Below the pieces are notes generated by a model, which had not been told where the DNA came from, did no database searches, and saw only the letters and a list, made by a program, of their open reading frames with translations. The translations under genes and the position numbers were made by a program. A stretch of DNA of 64,000 nt from Geosiphon pyriformis uo1 (taxonomy: Eukaryota > Fungi > Glomeromycota), in the NCBI GenBank assembly GCA_016748015.1, contig JAAOMT010000226.1:354604-418603 (forward strand), read 5' to 3'. Positions within the stretch are counted from its first letter, which is position 1; each line of letters begins with the position of its first letter. Below are positions 27,624-39,399 of the stretch, in pieces.

Positions 27624-29311
27624 CTTTTCATCCTTTCAGATTTTATAAATTTATTAAGGACAAAAGAATTATTGCTTAAAGATCGCAGCTTTATCCCCAT
27701 TATATCGAGGCACATTTTAATTTTCACCTTTAAATACAGCACAGGAATTTCTCTTTCACAATGAGCAAATTTTACAGAAAATCAGTGAAATGGATCTAAC
27801 AAGGAACTGACCGATGAGGATTCAAAGTAAAAAACTTTGATAAAGATGGAATACAGAAAGTTCACTTAAAATAGTATAAATCTAATTGAATATATATATA
27901 TCACATATAAATGTTACATAATTATCAAGTTTTTTAATACCCACCCTGAAACTTTTGTTTATAGAAAAATCAATTTGTATTGATGTCTTGCATCCTAAAT
28001 ATTTAAACCATTATAAAAACTCATTTTTCAAGAAATTATTAATTAATACGATCAACGGAATGGGTCACTCCTTGTGCTGCGCATTTTCAATTTCTTTGCC
28101 ATTCAAACTATTTCCGGCTCACAATATACCCAAATATTTGGAATTTTAATAATTATGACCCTAACTGTTGCGAAAAGCCACGTTTTTTAAATACTCTTTA
28201 TCGATTGGTTACATTATCAGAACGGATAAACCATTAATATATTAAAATTTGTTGCTTTGAAAAACTCAATTTAAATCTTTTTGACCAATTTTAAAAATAT
28301 ACGAGCAATTTTTTAAACAACAAACGAAATTTAAAATATAATTTGATTAAGAAAAAAGCTATATCTAATATAGAATTAAGACAATATAATTGTTTTGTTC
28401 AGGGGAGAAAAAATTAAAATGAAAATAAAAGACTATCGTGATTAATTATTAATTCGGTTTCAATTAATTTGGAATAATATATATATATATATATATATGT
28501 ATAATTTTAATTATTCCTCAGTTTATCCCCAATTCAATCACAAATTATTTCAAAAGCACTCTTTAAATACTGAATTTCAAACCCTAGAGCACCAACCGAA
28601 GCCATAATTAAGATAAACTTTAAAGGTTTATTGTTTTTTAAAATCTCCGGGTTTCTTTGCATTATATGCATTGATTTTAATTTCTTCGACATATACCCGT
28701 TCATTATTGAGAGTGGTATTTGTTTTCTCGATGATGACAACCCAAGCCTCATTGTAAAAGCGTTATTCGATGTGAAAGTTGACAATTTTGAATGATGTTC
28801 TACAAGTTCAAAGATAATTAGTATCTGTTATAGAATAAAGAAGCAAATAGAATATAATATGAACCCTTAAAATCCCCTAAATGTGACTAAAGCTTTTTAT
28901 TAAAGCTGGGGATTTATAATTATTTTAGATCAAAATAAACGAAACTCAATCAGGAAATCAAAGGCGCGGAAGCTCCAGAGCAAATAGATCTCGTAAAGCG
29001 CTTCAGTTCCTAGTTAACTGTTCAAAATTTCAAGCTGTGACCTTTTTTTAATCGCTTCTATAAAAGATTGATTGTGAGGTATACATTTTATCCTTAAACA
29101 AAATCAAATAGGTTTTATAATGAGAAGAAAAGGTACAAAGAGGTTGAAATGACGCACATTTTTGCTGCAGATAAACTTTGATCTGTAAGAGGACAGTCAG
29201 TTGGTTTGATGAGATAAAGGCAATTCGACGATCATAAATTTATCTATTTGTGACACCTGAATCTGTGATCATCAAACTTTTAGGCATCTTTGGAGTAAAA
29301 AATTTAATTAC

Positions 29312-30743
29312 ATGTCGCAATCCCATAGAAAACAAGTGTTGTTATCGTATAAAGGTGAGATTTAATATTCAAATATGTTTTTGTAATTTATGTTTGGAGA
29401 AATGAAAATTCAGGTTCAGCAACAAGAAATTTAAATCATCAAGGTTTTTTGGGAAGCTTTATATTTTGATTCTTTTTTCTAACACACACACACACATCAT
29501 CTTATGTTTCTTTGGTGAAAAATATAGCAAATGTGGACATTTTTTGCGAATTTTGTAAGAAGAATATTTCTATATATTTATTCGATTTTAGAATATCTTC
29601 AATCCTACACAAAATAGCAGTTGAGATTTTATTAGTGATTAATATTTTTAGTAGAGGTTGCAATCCATTTCATCCTCTATGTCCGTGGCGTTTATCCAGC
29701 GAGTAAGTTTATCCACCTCACATCAGAGTACTTGCATACCAAAAATTGATTGATTCAACTATTTCTCCTAATACAGATTTATTCGTGTTACGCAAGAAGT
29801 ATGATGTGCCCGTTCACATGAGTAGGCATCCACATTTAACCAAGTATATTCTTGAACTGGTACTATCATGTAAGGCTGAACTCGAGGAGGTACTAATCGT
29901 CTCATTAAAAGTGACTGGTAACAAAATATAAATTAACACAACCCGACTCGATAAATTCTCACTTTCGCAGGGTACACTTGAGAAAGCAGCGCTGATTATT
30001 GTTAATCCGAATGAAGGAAACAAACCTATAGAAAGATGGGTGTTTGAAGTGGACAAGCTTGTCATGTTTCCAGATAATCTTGCTGACGCAAGGTACTTTT
30101 GTTTAGATATCACTATGCTTTTCCAATTATAGCACAATTAAAAAGATTATATTAATAGGGTTGAAGGCGCAATATCTTTATTTGACCTTGAACAGCATCT
30201 GCGTGGATTTTTTAGGAAAATTAGTGTATCTGATGCTATTTTAACGCCAAATCCAGAAGGTTTGGTTATACATGACTTTGAGCTTCATTTTTCAAGAAGA
30301 ATTTGGTCTTAAAAATTTCCTTCATACAGGATGCACCTTCAAATTTGTGATGGCGCTCAAAGATGGATCAAAGCCTGCATCTTTGGAGGTAAAAACAAAA
30401 AAAAATTATTTGTACACCCTTCATTAAAAAAAATTAATCAAAATGCACAAAAATTTGCGCATCCTTTTTTTAGAATGATTGCCCATGGGTTCCAGCTGAG
30501 CCATCAGAAAAATATCGAGCAATCCACCATCCAAAAATTGTTCCTATCAAATCGGTAGATACTGGATTGTTCAAGGTTTAAAAAATTGTGTTTTAAGATT
30601 CCTTGATTTGGAACTTTGACTACTTTACTAAAAAAAAATTACAAATTCGATAGTTACAATTATTCGTCCAACAGAATCAGGAAAAAGTCGAACCATCAAA
30701 GGATAGCTCAAATATACGCCAAAAACAACCGTTACGTGATTGA
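29312..30743 (+). CDS. REV7: HORMA-domain protein, DNA polymerase zeta subunit Rev7 / MAD2L2; 9 exons
   Basis: Exons 29312-29354, 29528-29554, 29652-29702, 29777-29889, 29971-30092, 30159-30259, 30330-30388, 30474-30575 and 30654-30743 splice in frame to [65 protein letters not shown]...PIERWVFEV...LEQHLRGFFRKISVSD...PEGCTF...PWVPAE...IVPIKSVDTGLFKLQLFVQ. These are Rev7-diagnostic blocks. The first exon is inferred. Confidence 0.92.
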
Positions 30744-32473
30744 TACGAAAATTGTTTGATATATTGTGTAGCTAACAATTAACGATTATGTTTTGGCGTA
30801 ATTTTTACAAAGGCACTTTTAATGGTGTAACTAAAAAAAGTGATCAGCAGACTTATAATCTATTAGTTTGCAACCACGTTTTCCCAAAGTTCACGGCAAT
30901 GAGTTTTGATTGATGTTATAGACAAAGCGTTTAAAACTTGATTCTGAGCGTTTACACCTTTAAGTTTTCACATAACATGCACTGCTACATTTTTACTGAT
31001 TGAGCTAAACCTTACATAGAGAAACCTCCAGTTGAGGGAGTCCTGAGCGCAAGATCTTGGAAAAAAATCCCGTTTCCCTATTTTTTGAAGCTCTTTGTAA
31101 CTTGGAATAGAAGTTTCAGATCTTCACTGCTGGTGATGTCATACTTATTTGTGATCGGCAAATTTTCAAATGTAAAACAGAAAGTAAATTTTGCAAATAG
31201 TCCAAAGTCATTTTTTTTCCCCATGTTTTTTTGCTTTGAAAAAAATCTATTATGTTACTTAAAAAGTTCGAACATCAAAATAAAAGCATGAATTCACCCT
31301 CTAGCTCTTATTATGTCTACATAAGTTCCTTATAGGTGATGTTTAAAAAATTGCGCCCAAAATTCCTTATTATTAAAATTTGCTGCTTGTAAATAAGTCT
31401 CACTGTTAATTTATTTTATCCCAGTTTGAATTTGATATAATTATAAAAAGACATTTAGTAAAATTATGAAATAATATAATGATTTCATTTAACTGTAAAT
31501 TTTTTAATATATACCTCTAATGTTCAGAGCCGTTTTTATTATGATGGATAAATAATTCTAAAAAATCAAATAAATGTTAAAGTTATTTGGAAACAGAAAA
31601 CGAGTAATAGTGTTTTTTGAAAAAGAGATAAAATTTTAAAGTTAGATCCATTATTGAGATATTGCCAAAAAAACCTTTTATATAAATATATTAATATATA
31701 TCTTGTATACTATCATCATGTAAAATATGAATACTCGCAACCCTATTTCCTGTGTGAACGAAATTTTAAAATTTTCCCTCTTGAATTTTTCTGAATTAGG
31801 GCTCATTTGAAAAATGTAAAAATCCTTCTTATTTCTTAAAAAAAGTATTAAAGGTTTTTTATTCTTGGGGTAGAGTTTCCTAACTCAGATTTTAGTAGAC
31901 TTTGAATTTTATAAATTATGGATAGGGATTCCTGAAAGTCGTGTAAAATCAAAAATAATTGATTTTGAAATAAAATTTTGAGAATAAGAAATTTTGTTAT
32001 CTATTTTCAGCACTTATTTTTGGGTATTGAAGCTTCGAAATATTGTAAGTTGGATATCTAAGAGCTTTAATATTTCATTTCAATATCCAAGAAATTTTCT
32101 ATACTTCTAGAACAAAAGTATATTCCCCAAGAAAAAATTTTATGATTGGCAGAACGATGATATTTTTTAGTATTTTATTTACTAATTCAAATTATTTACT
32201 TAAAATTGGACCAAGATTTACATTACAGTAAAACAAATTAAAATATAAAGTATTAAATTATCTAAAAATATGTTAATAGAACGATTAAATTGGGAAATAA
32301 TAAAAGCAAAAATATTCGATTAATTTTAACGTGACTATGTAAACAGTTTAAACTTGACTTTCACTAATTTTTAATAAAGTTCCTATTCGGCTCTTCCACC
32401 GATATGATTCTCCACAGATTTCAGTTTTAGTCAGAGTATTACTCGTCAACTGAATCATCAACCCCTGAAGAGT

Positions 32474-32605
32474 TCACATAATCGAGCATTGACCGGTACC
32501 ACTACCATCGTCTGGATCACCGGTTGGTCCTTTAATAGACCCGTTTCCAGGAGCGATAATTGAGAGAGGATTGAAGGAGGATTGAGAGTTTGTTGTTGGT
32601 TGCAT
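32474..32605 (-). CDS. 43-aa CAAX-terminated peptide, candidate lipopeptide pheromone precursor (copy A)
   Basis: MQPTTNSQSSFNPLSIIAPGNGSIKGPTGDPDDGSGTGQCSIM*. GC-richer than its flanks, AAAATG start context, one synonymous difference (GAT/GAC) from copy B. Confidence 0.75.
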   Translation of the reverse strand: MQPTTNSQSSFNPLSIIAPGNGSIKGPTGDPDDGSGTGQCSIM

Positions 32606-32650
32606 TTTTCTTCAAGTTATTTGATTTAATTTGAATATGATGGTTTTTTC

Positions 32651-32669
32651 CTGTCTCTTATACACATCT
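32651..32669 (+). other. Tn5 mosaic end / Nextera adapter (assembly artefact)
   Basis: Exact 19-mer CTGTCTCTTATACACATCT. Confidence 0.95.
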
Positions 32670-34504
32670 TCAATTGAATGGTTAAAGGATAATTATTTGC
32701 GTTATTATGCATAGTCGATAAAAATGTAAATTTTTATTCATCAATTCCTTACTAAGCACGATACTTTTTCTTGGAAATTTTCTAGATTAAAAAAAGATAT
32801 GCTAAAATTGCCATTTTTAGAAATCACTTGATTTAGTATAAATTTTTACTTGTGATTTTTCTCATTTTTCTAGCTATTATAGATCAATAAAGTTATATTT
32901 TTCTGATATTGAGTCGAAATGGAAAGAATTTGAATATTTCATCTAATAGAATTTTATAATTAGAAAAGTCTTCATTTCACTTAGTCAAGTGTGATCTCAA
33001 CAATTCTGGATCTGAATCTTACTAAATAAATCTTTGAGCTTTAATTTATGGAGTGGTACATTTAAATGAATTGTCTTTTGTCGCGAAACCTAGAGATAGT
33101 AACTGTCCCAGTTTGGGTGGTCACGTCACTAGCAAGTTTAACATTTTATTTAGGAATAATTTTATTATGAAAATTTATGAAGCTAAACCCTAAAGTAAAA
33201 TTCAATGTCTTGGCAGTAAGAAACGTTTAAATAACCAAAAAAAATTGTAATTTTTTGATATGAAGTAACGATTAACTCAAATTGACTTTAATGACTTCAG
33301 TTCATTGAAAATTTTATTAAAATATCCCTTTTTTTAATTTTATTCGATCTCAAGAATAAAAAATTAGAACAATTCAGCTCTCAAATAGTTTGAAATTATT
33401 CATTTAATTTTTTTTGCTAAAAAACTAGGTCTTAATTATGAATTCAATTAAACGAATGAAAAATTATTTATACAATTTTCAATCAAGAATAGAAAAAAAT
33501 GTAGTTGAAATTTCTCAAAAATAAAAACTTATACATGAAATGAAACAAGATTCGATTTATGAAAGTTGATTGTTTAGTGTAAAACCTGTGCTCTTTAAAA
33601 GATTCATTGAGAACAATCATTGAGTGATTGTTACTATTTTGCATTTTGAGAGAACTATTTCATATTTCTCTCTCGGCATTTCTTGAAATAAAATTTTACG
33701 ACCTCAATTCTTTCAAGTATTATTGAAAAGAACAATGTTAAATCCGACTATACAATCTCGAACTCAGAATGTAATAATTTAAAAACGGATAATAAGCCAC
33801 TATCAAATTTTAAAATACATGAATAGGTTTCCAGTCAGAAACATTAAATAACAAGGTAATTGTATCATCATGCAGTTGGTGAACTTGGTATTATTTATTC
33901 TATTGAAATATACTAAAACTTATGTTTGAATTTTCTTAGCTGCCCTTTTGGTTTTTGGAATAACATTTTCAATGTTTAAATTTTCTAAAAGAAAAGCAGT
34001 TGAATTATTACTCAAGTTAATCTCTCCTTGAAAATAATATTAAATCTAAAAATTTGTGGCTCTTCAAAGTAAGAAATATGAAATTTTTGTAGCACAGGGA
34101 CCAGATGATGCAACTAATACAAGATAGTTAGTACAATATTTTGGAGCTAGAAAGGTTGGAAAAAGGAATTTTATTAACATCAAAATTCAAGATAAGATTT
34201 AAAGATATCTAATTGTCTTCTCGCTGTGTTTGATATTATGGATGGGAACTTGGAATTATTATTGTTCTGAGTCGTCTAGCAAGGAATTGATTAATAAAAA
34301 TTTACATTTTTATCGACTATGCATAATAACGCAAATAATTATCCTTTAACCATTCAATTGAGTTTTTAAACTTGAAGAATAAAGTTTGATATTTATTTTA
34401 CTATAAAAATTCTTAATTAGCTGCAAAATATATTGCTTTGGCTTAGGACTTTAAAGTTATAAAGAAATTTGTGATAATCAACATTTTAAAGTAACGCTAA
34501 CTAG

Positions 34505-34822
34505 CATTGTTTATAGAATACAGGTATTTTTGGTCATATTGTTTAGAGAAACCTGTTTATTCGATTATAAATTCAATCACTTGCATTTAATAAACTGTAA
34601 TAACTGTGATCTATCACCTTATATGGTTGAATAACCACATTGTTATAAAGATATTTAGGACATTGTTAGCATAGCTTAACAATGTGCGATTATACTAATG
34701 TGACTAGCCTGAACAATAGATTTTAAAATTAAAATTTTATCATTCTTATTTATTAATATTGTTTTAAATGATAAATGGTGAGAAAAGTTAAAATTAAATT
34801 TATGGTTTTTTTTTCTATAAAA
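34505..34822 (+). promoter_or_regulatory. Putative promoter of CAAX peptide copy B: six AACAAT/ATTGTT motifs plus TATAAAA
   Basis: Motifs at ~34505, 34538, 34638, 34661, 34678 and 34712. TTCTATAAAAC at ~34813-34823, about 120 bp upstream of the ATG. Confidence 0.5.
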
Positions 34823-34938
34823 CGAGATGTACCTTTCCGATATTTTCTTTAATCCAAGTAAATTGATTAAAAAAAGGAGAAAGTAAAATCACAAATACAA
34901 CTCTTAACTTTGAAACTAAATCAAATAAATTAAAGAAA

Positions 34939-35070
34939 ATGCAACCAACAACAAACTCTCAATCCTCCTTCAATCCTCTCTCAATTATCGCTCCTGGAAA
35001 CGGGTCTATTAAAGGACCAACCGGTGACCCAGACGATGGTAGTGGTACCGGTCAATGCTCGATTATGTGA
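34939..35070 (+). CDS. 43-aa CAAX-terminated peptide, candidate lipopeptide pheromone precursor (copy B)
   Basis: MQPTTNSQSSFNPLSIIAPGNGSIKGPTGDPDDGSGTGQCSIM*, protein identical to copy A. Confidence 0.78.
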   Translation: MQPTTNSQSSFNPLSIIAPGNGSIKGPTGDPDDGSGTGQCSIM

Positions 35071-37076
35071 ACTCTTCAGGGGTTGATGATTCAGTTGACG
35101 AGTAATACTCTGACTAAAACTGAAATCTGTGGAGAATCATATCGGTGGAAGAGCCGAATAGGAACTTTATTAAAAATTAGTGAAAGTCAAGTTTAAACTG
35201 TTTACATAGTCACGTTAAAATTAATCGAATATTTTTGCTTTTATTATTTTCCAATTTAATCGTTCTATTAACATATTTTTAGATAATTTAATACTTTATA
35301 TTTTAATTTGTTTCTTATAATGCAATTTTTTTGTGCTCACAGGCCATTGGAACTAAAATTTTATACCTAAAATAAAATGGATTACTTAACTGATTTTTCA
35401 TCTGTAAGTTTTTGTGCTTAAATATACACAAAAAACGGCATCATTTATTCTGATTTTGAGTTTCAGCTTAAAATAATAAAAAGATAATTGGAAAAACCTG
35501 ATTGCAAACACTAATAATTGACCAGATATCTATATTTGGGATTATTTACTTTATTACTATAATTATTTTAAAAAATAAATTTTTAATGCGAAGAACTGAG
35601 TTATAATTATAATAATATTTAAGACACTTTTTTATCTAATAGCCAAGTAAAAATCTCAATATACTTTCAAGTACTTTGGTGAAAGATAAAAAATAATCTT
35701 ATGAAATTTCAAGTTGCGACTAATTTCTCTAAGTTGGATACCAAACACCGAAATGTTGGTTATATGCATATATGAGACTAATTGTACTTTGAAAGACAAT
35801 TGATTGGTTTTTAGATCAAACTATTAACGAAGGAATTTCCAATTTCTGAAACCTTTTTGTCTTGGGAGACTAATAATGAAAATCATGTTTTAGCCTCAAT
35901 TTTATGAATGAGCCAAGTGAACACCAATTATGATTTAACTTAAATTATACCATAAAATGAATGTTTCACTTTTTGAACTTTTTTAATTTTTTTTAGGCTA
36001 AAATGTTTATCGCAACAAAAAATTTATACCCCTTTGAATAATTCAAAATTTTCACAAATTTCTAACTTTGTCAAATTTTGCAAGATACTAAATTCCTCAT
36101 CCTATGCGGTCTAAATTAAGAAAATTTTATTTGATTATTTTATTTAAAATGTTTAAATTTAACTACACTTATAATTCTAAATTCCCATTCCCAAACAACA
36201 ATCATGCAATATTAGAGACAGTTCATTATCCAAAGAATCCAAAAATTTATATTGGTCAATTATAAATTAAAAAATAAATTGATTTATTATATAAATTCTA
36301 AAATTTATATATCTGAACCGGGAAGTTTTCTCAATGCTGGAAAATTTGACTAACATTGTCAAGGACAATGATTAAATATTCGTTTGGGGGTTTGTTGGCG
36401 ATCGCATTTTTTAAGTTGAATATTGTCTTTTTTTGATATAAACAAATGGTGATAATATATAAAATTCTAATTTTCAACGATTCAAAGGTTTAAATATTCA
36501 TCTTATGATCAGAAATGGTGATTCTAAAGAACAATAGTTAGTTCGACTAACTCTATCTGCTAATAAATGTATGACAATATTGAATGACCCAAAAACAAGC
36601 TTTTAATTGCTATCATTCTCTTTTCTTTGAAATATTATTTATAAATATTCAAGTTTAATTGATTCTTTTCTATTGAACATGTATTTTTTAAGAATAAAGC
36701 GAGTCATTTTAGCTTGAAAAAAGATTGTTTAGAATGTTAAAAAAAAATTTCATTTAGATAATATCACAATAAAGTTTTTAAAAAAAATAGAATTTTGTTG
36801 GTTCCACTCATTGTTTATTAATGAATTCGATAACTATTTCCTATTGTTTGAATTAAAATGTATTCTCTAAACCAAATTTGATTAATATTATTTATTTCTT
36901 GTAAATACTTAATAAAAATTTTTCTATAAAAACCCCTTTTTTACACCGAAAAATTGAATTCTACATTCAAACCTTAGCTCAATCAAAAATCCTATTTTAA
37001 TTGATACTAAATCAATTTCTTGAGAGCCCATTTAAATCATCTTTAAATTACTCAAAATTATTTAAATAAAATAAAA

Positions 37077-37238
37077 ATGAGCCAAACCTCGAATTCAACC
37101 ACTAAAACCTTCAATAAATTAAGTCAAAACGGAACTTCAAAAAATCCTTCAATCTTTTCTGATTGTCAAATTTCTCACAGTGGAACGTATGGAAGCCAAT
37201 GCTCAATATTCAATGAAGGTGTTTTACCATGGTTTTAA
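37077..37238 (+). CDS. Diverged paralogue of the CAAX peptide (53 aa, CAAX masked by an 8-aa extension; possible pseudogene)
   Basis: MSQTSNSTTKTFNKLSQNGTSKNPSIFSDCQISHSGTYGSQCSIFNEGVLPWF*. Shares T.NS...FN.LS..NG..K.P...D...SGT.G.QCSI with copies A/B. Upstream TTCTATAAAAAC at ~36922. Confidence 0.6.
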   Translation: MSQTSNSTTKTFNKLSQNGTSKNPSIFSDCQISHSGTYGSQCSIFNEGVLPWF

Positions 37239-39399
37239 AGTATAAAGGCCAAATATTTAGGGGATTTTTTACCAGAATCCAAGTATTTTTTTTTTGAAAT
37301 AGATTTTTTAATGACTAAATATAATTGGTTAAAAGCTTTTGAATAAATCGACCTTTTGACATCTTGCGATCTCTTGTAATTAGGCAAATATTTCAAGAAT
37401 TTTCAAATTATAATTAAATCACATAACTGTTTAATTAGTTCCTCTTTTTGACAAATATCAAATATTTATCCAAAGCAAAATCTAAGTGAGAATATTCTCA
37501 ATACCCATTGTAATTATAATGATCATCTTGTCGATTAAAAAAAGTCTAAAAAAATCTTTTAGGTGTTTAGTTGCATAAATAACTTTTTATTTAATTTAAA
37601 AAATAGAAATATAGGTTTAATTGGTTTGATAAATTTATATAGTAACTATACCAGACGTCTAAATTTTATTATAAAACTAAAAAATTTAAAATTTTTTGAA
37701 CAAAGTCCCAATGTCATGTTGAATCCAATAGGTTTTTGAAATTAATACTTTAAATATCTCTGAGAAACACTAAATACCATTAAGCATTAAAACTATATAT
37801 ATGGAGAGAAATAACTTCGCTAAGGTAAATAATTTTTTAAGCATAATTTTGCGAATAGGAATTAGTATTTTCTTCAGTCAGTTCTCTTCAATCATACTCT
37901 TCAATTATATATGAATGAAGCAAGCCTTTCAATTTTTATTTATATCCATTTCTCACCATTATTACAAAATTGATTGATTTTTGCTTTGGAAAATGAAAAA
38001 CCTTTTTTTATTTTTTGCATCAATTGAATTGCAGATATCAAACCTCTAAACAATATTATGCTTTTAGCATTGTCACTGGAAAACAGGTATTCATACGATT
38101 ATCACACGTTTTTATGAATTCATGCCACTCCCATTTTAGCAGATCATATGATTATGACTCTATTATTACCGCATATAATTTACTTGCTCTCAAGATTTTT
38201 TATATATGCCTATACAAATTATAATACACCTAGTATAAACTGAATAATGAATTTAACATCTCATTTAGAAAATAATGAAATGATACTTTTCGATTTAATT
38301 TCAAAAACCGTCAAAATCAATTCAAAAGTTGTTACTAGTAAATTTTAATGAAAACGTTTTTCTTGAAATAAGTTGAATTCTAAAGCGAGATAATAATTAC
38401 AAAATATATATCTTTAATTAAAGTATCATGAGGTTTCTACCACCAACAGGACTTAATTTTAAAAAAAAATTGTGTATCAACTTTTAAATCTACTAAAATT
38501 TTTAAACTTTAATATCTTGCTAGATTTCTGATGGATTCAATATCATTGTGATTGAAGCAAATACATTAAATTCTATAGCCCATTGAATTTTTTGAGAACA
38601 CAATCACTTAATTTAATTTAAAAAATTCTCATCAATTATTGATTATTGATTATTAATTATTGATTAAAAACTAAAATAAAAACAAAAATTCACTTTATAA
38701 ATTTATTATATAAATTTTATTTATTCAAATCCCAAGTTAATAATTAACTTGAAATCAAAATATCATGTTTTAAATATATTCAATAATTTGTTTTTTTCAA
38801 TAATAACAAAAAATTATATCACAATAAACAAACAAATAAAATGTTGATTCAAGAAACCGAATTAGAATTTAAGAAAATAAAAATTATTTATTTTATTTTA
38901 TTTTTGAACAACGCTAATTGAAGTCTTAACAATTACAAAAGCTTGAAAATGAACCTCTTGTAATGATACAGTAATTAAAATTTTCTAATTTATTTATAGT
39001 AATTTGAGTAAATTAAAAGATTTGTATTCAATGATAAAGTTTTTTTTTAAAAAAAAAAAGTATTCGAAACATTTATAATATTGACAAATATCGTTTAAAT
39101 TTAAGTATTATTTATTTGATTTCCATAAATTGGTCATTAGTCAACTCTAAAGTTAATAATTTCATTGTAGTTTAGAAAAAAATATTTTATTTTAATTGTT
39201 AAAAAAAATCATTTTTTATAACTTCTACGTGAATATTAGTGTTAAAAGTTTTATTGATTTTCTGTTTAACTATTATTCTTATAGTGAATCTTTTAAATTT
39301 TATTCAATAATACTCGATATTCAATCTTTTACAAATTTAAATCTATGTGTAATCTTAATATTACATTTGATTACACTTGTAAATTATCAAAAACAAATC

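Larger units (their letters stand above)
32231..35313. repeat. Inverted duplication: outer arms ~32231-32635 / ~34911-35313, inner arms ~32670-32752 / ~34280-34361
   Basis: Direct reverse-complement comparison. I found only 2 differences over the ~375 bp ORF plus 3' region, and 2 over the ~82 bp inner arms. Confidence 0.92.

Noticed and set aside
29051-29075. U2 snRNA 5' end (ATCGCTTCT)
   Set aside because: The match stops after 9 nt and there is no branch-point recognition sequence.
29312-30743. MAD2 or a bacterial CBASS HORMA gene
   Set aside because: Intron-rich, and the motifs ([20 protein letters not shown], PIKSV) are Rev7-type.
32651-32669. Genuine Tn5/IS50 transposon end
   Set aside because: It is the synthetic mosaic end, with no partner end or transposase. 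Treated as adapter contamination.
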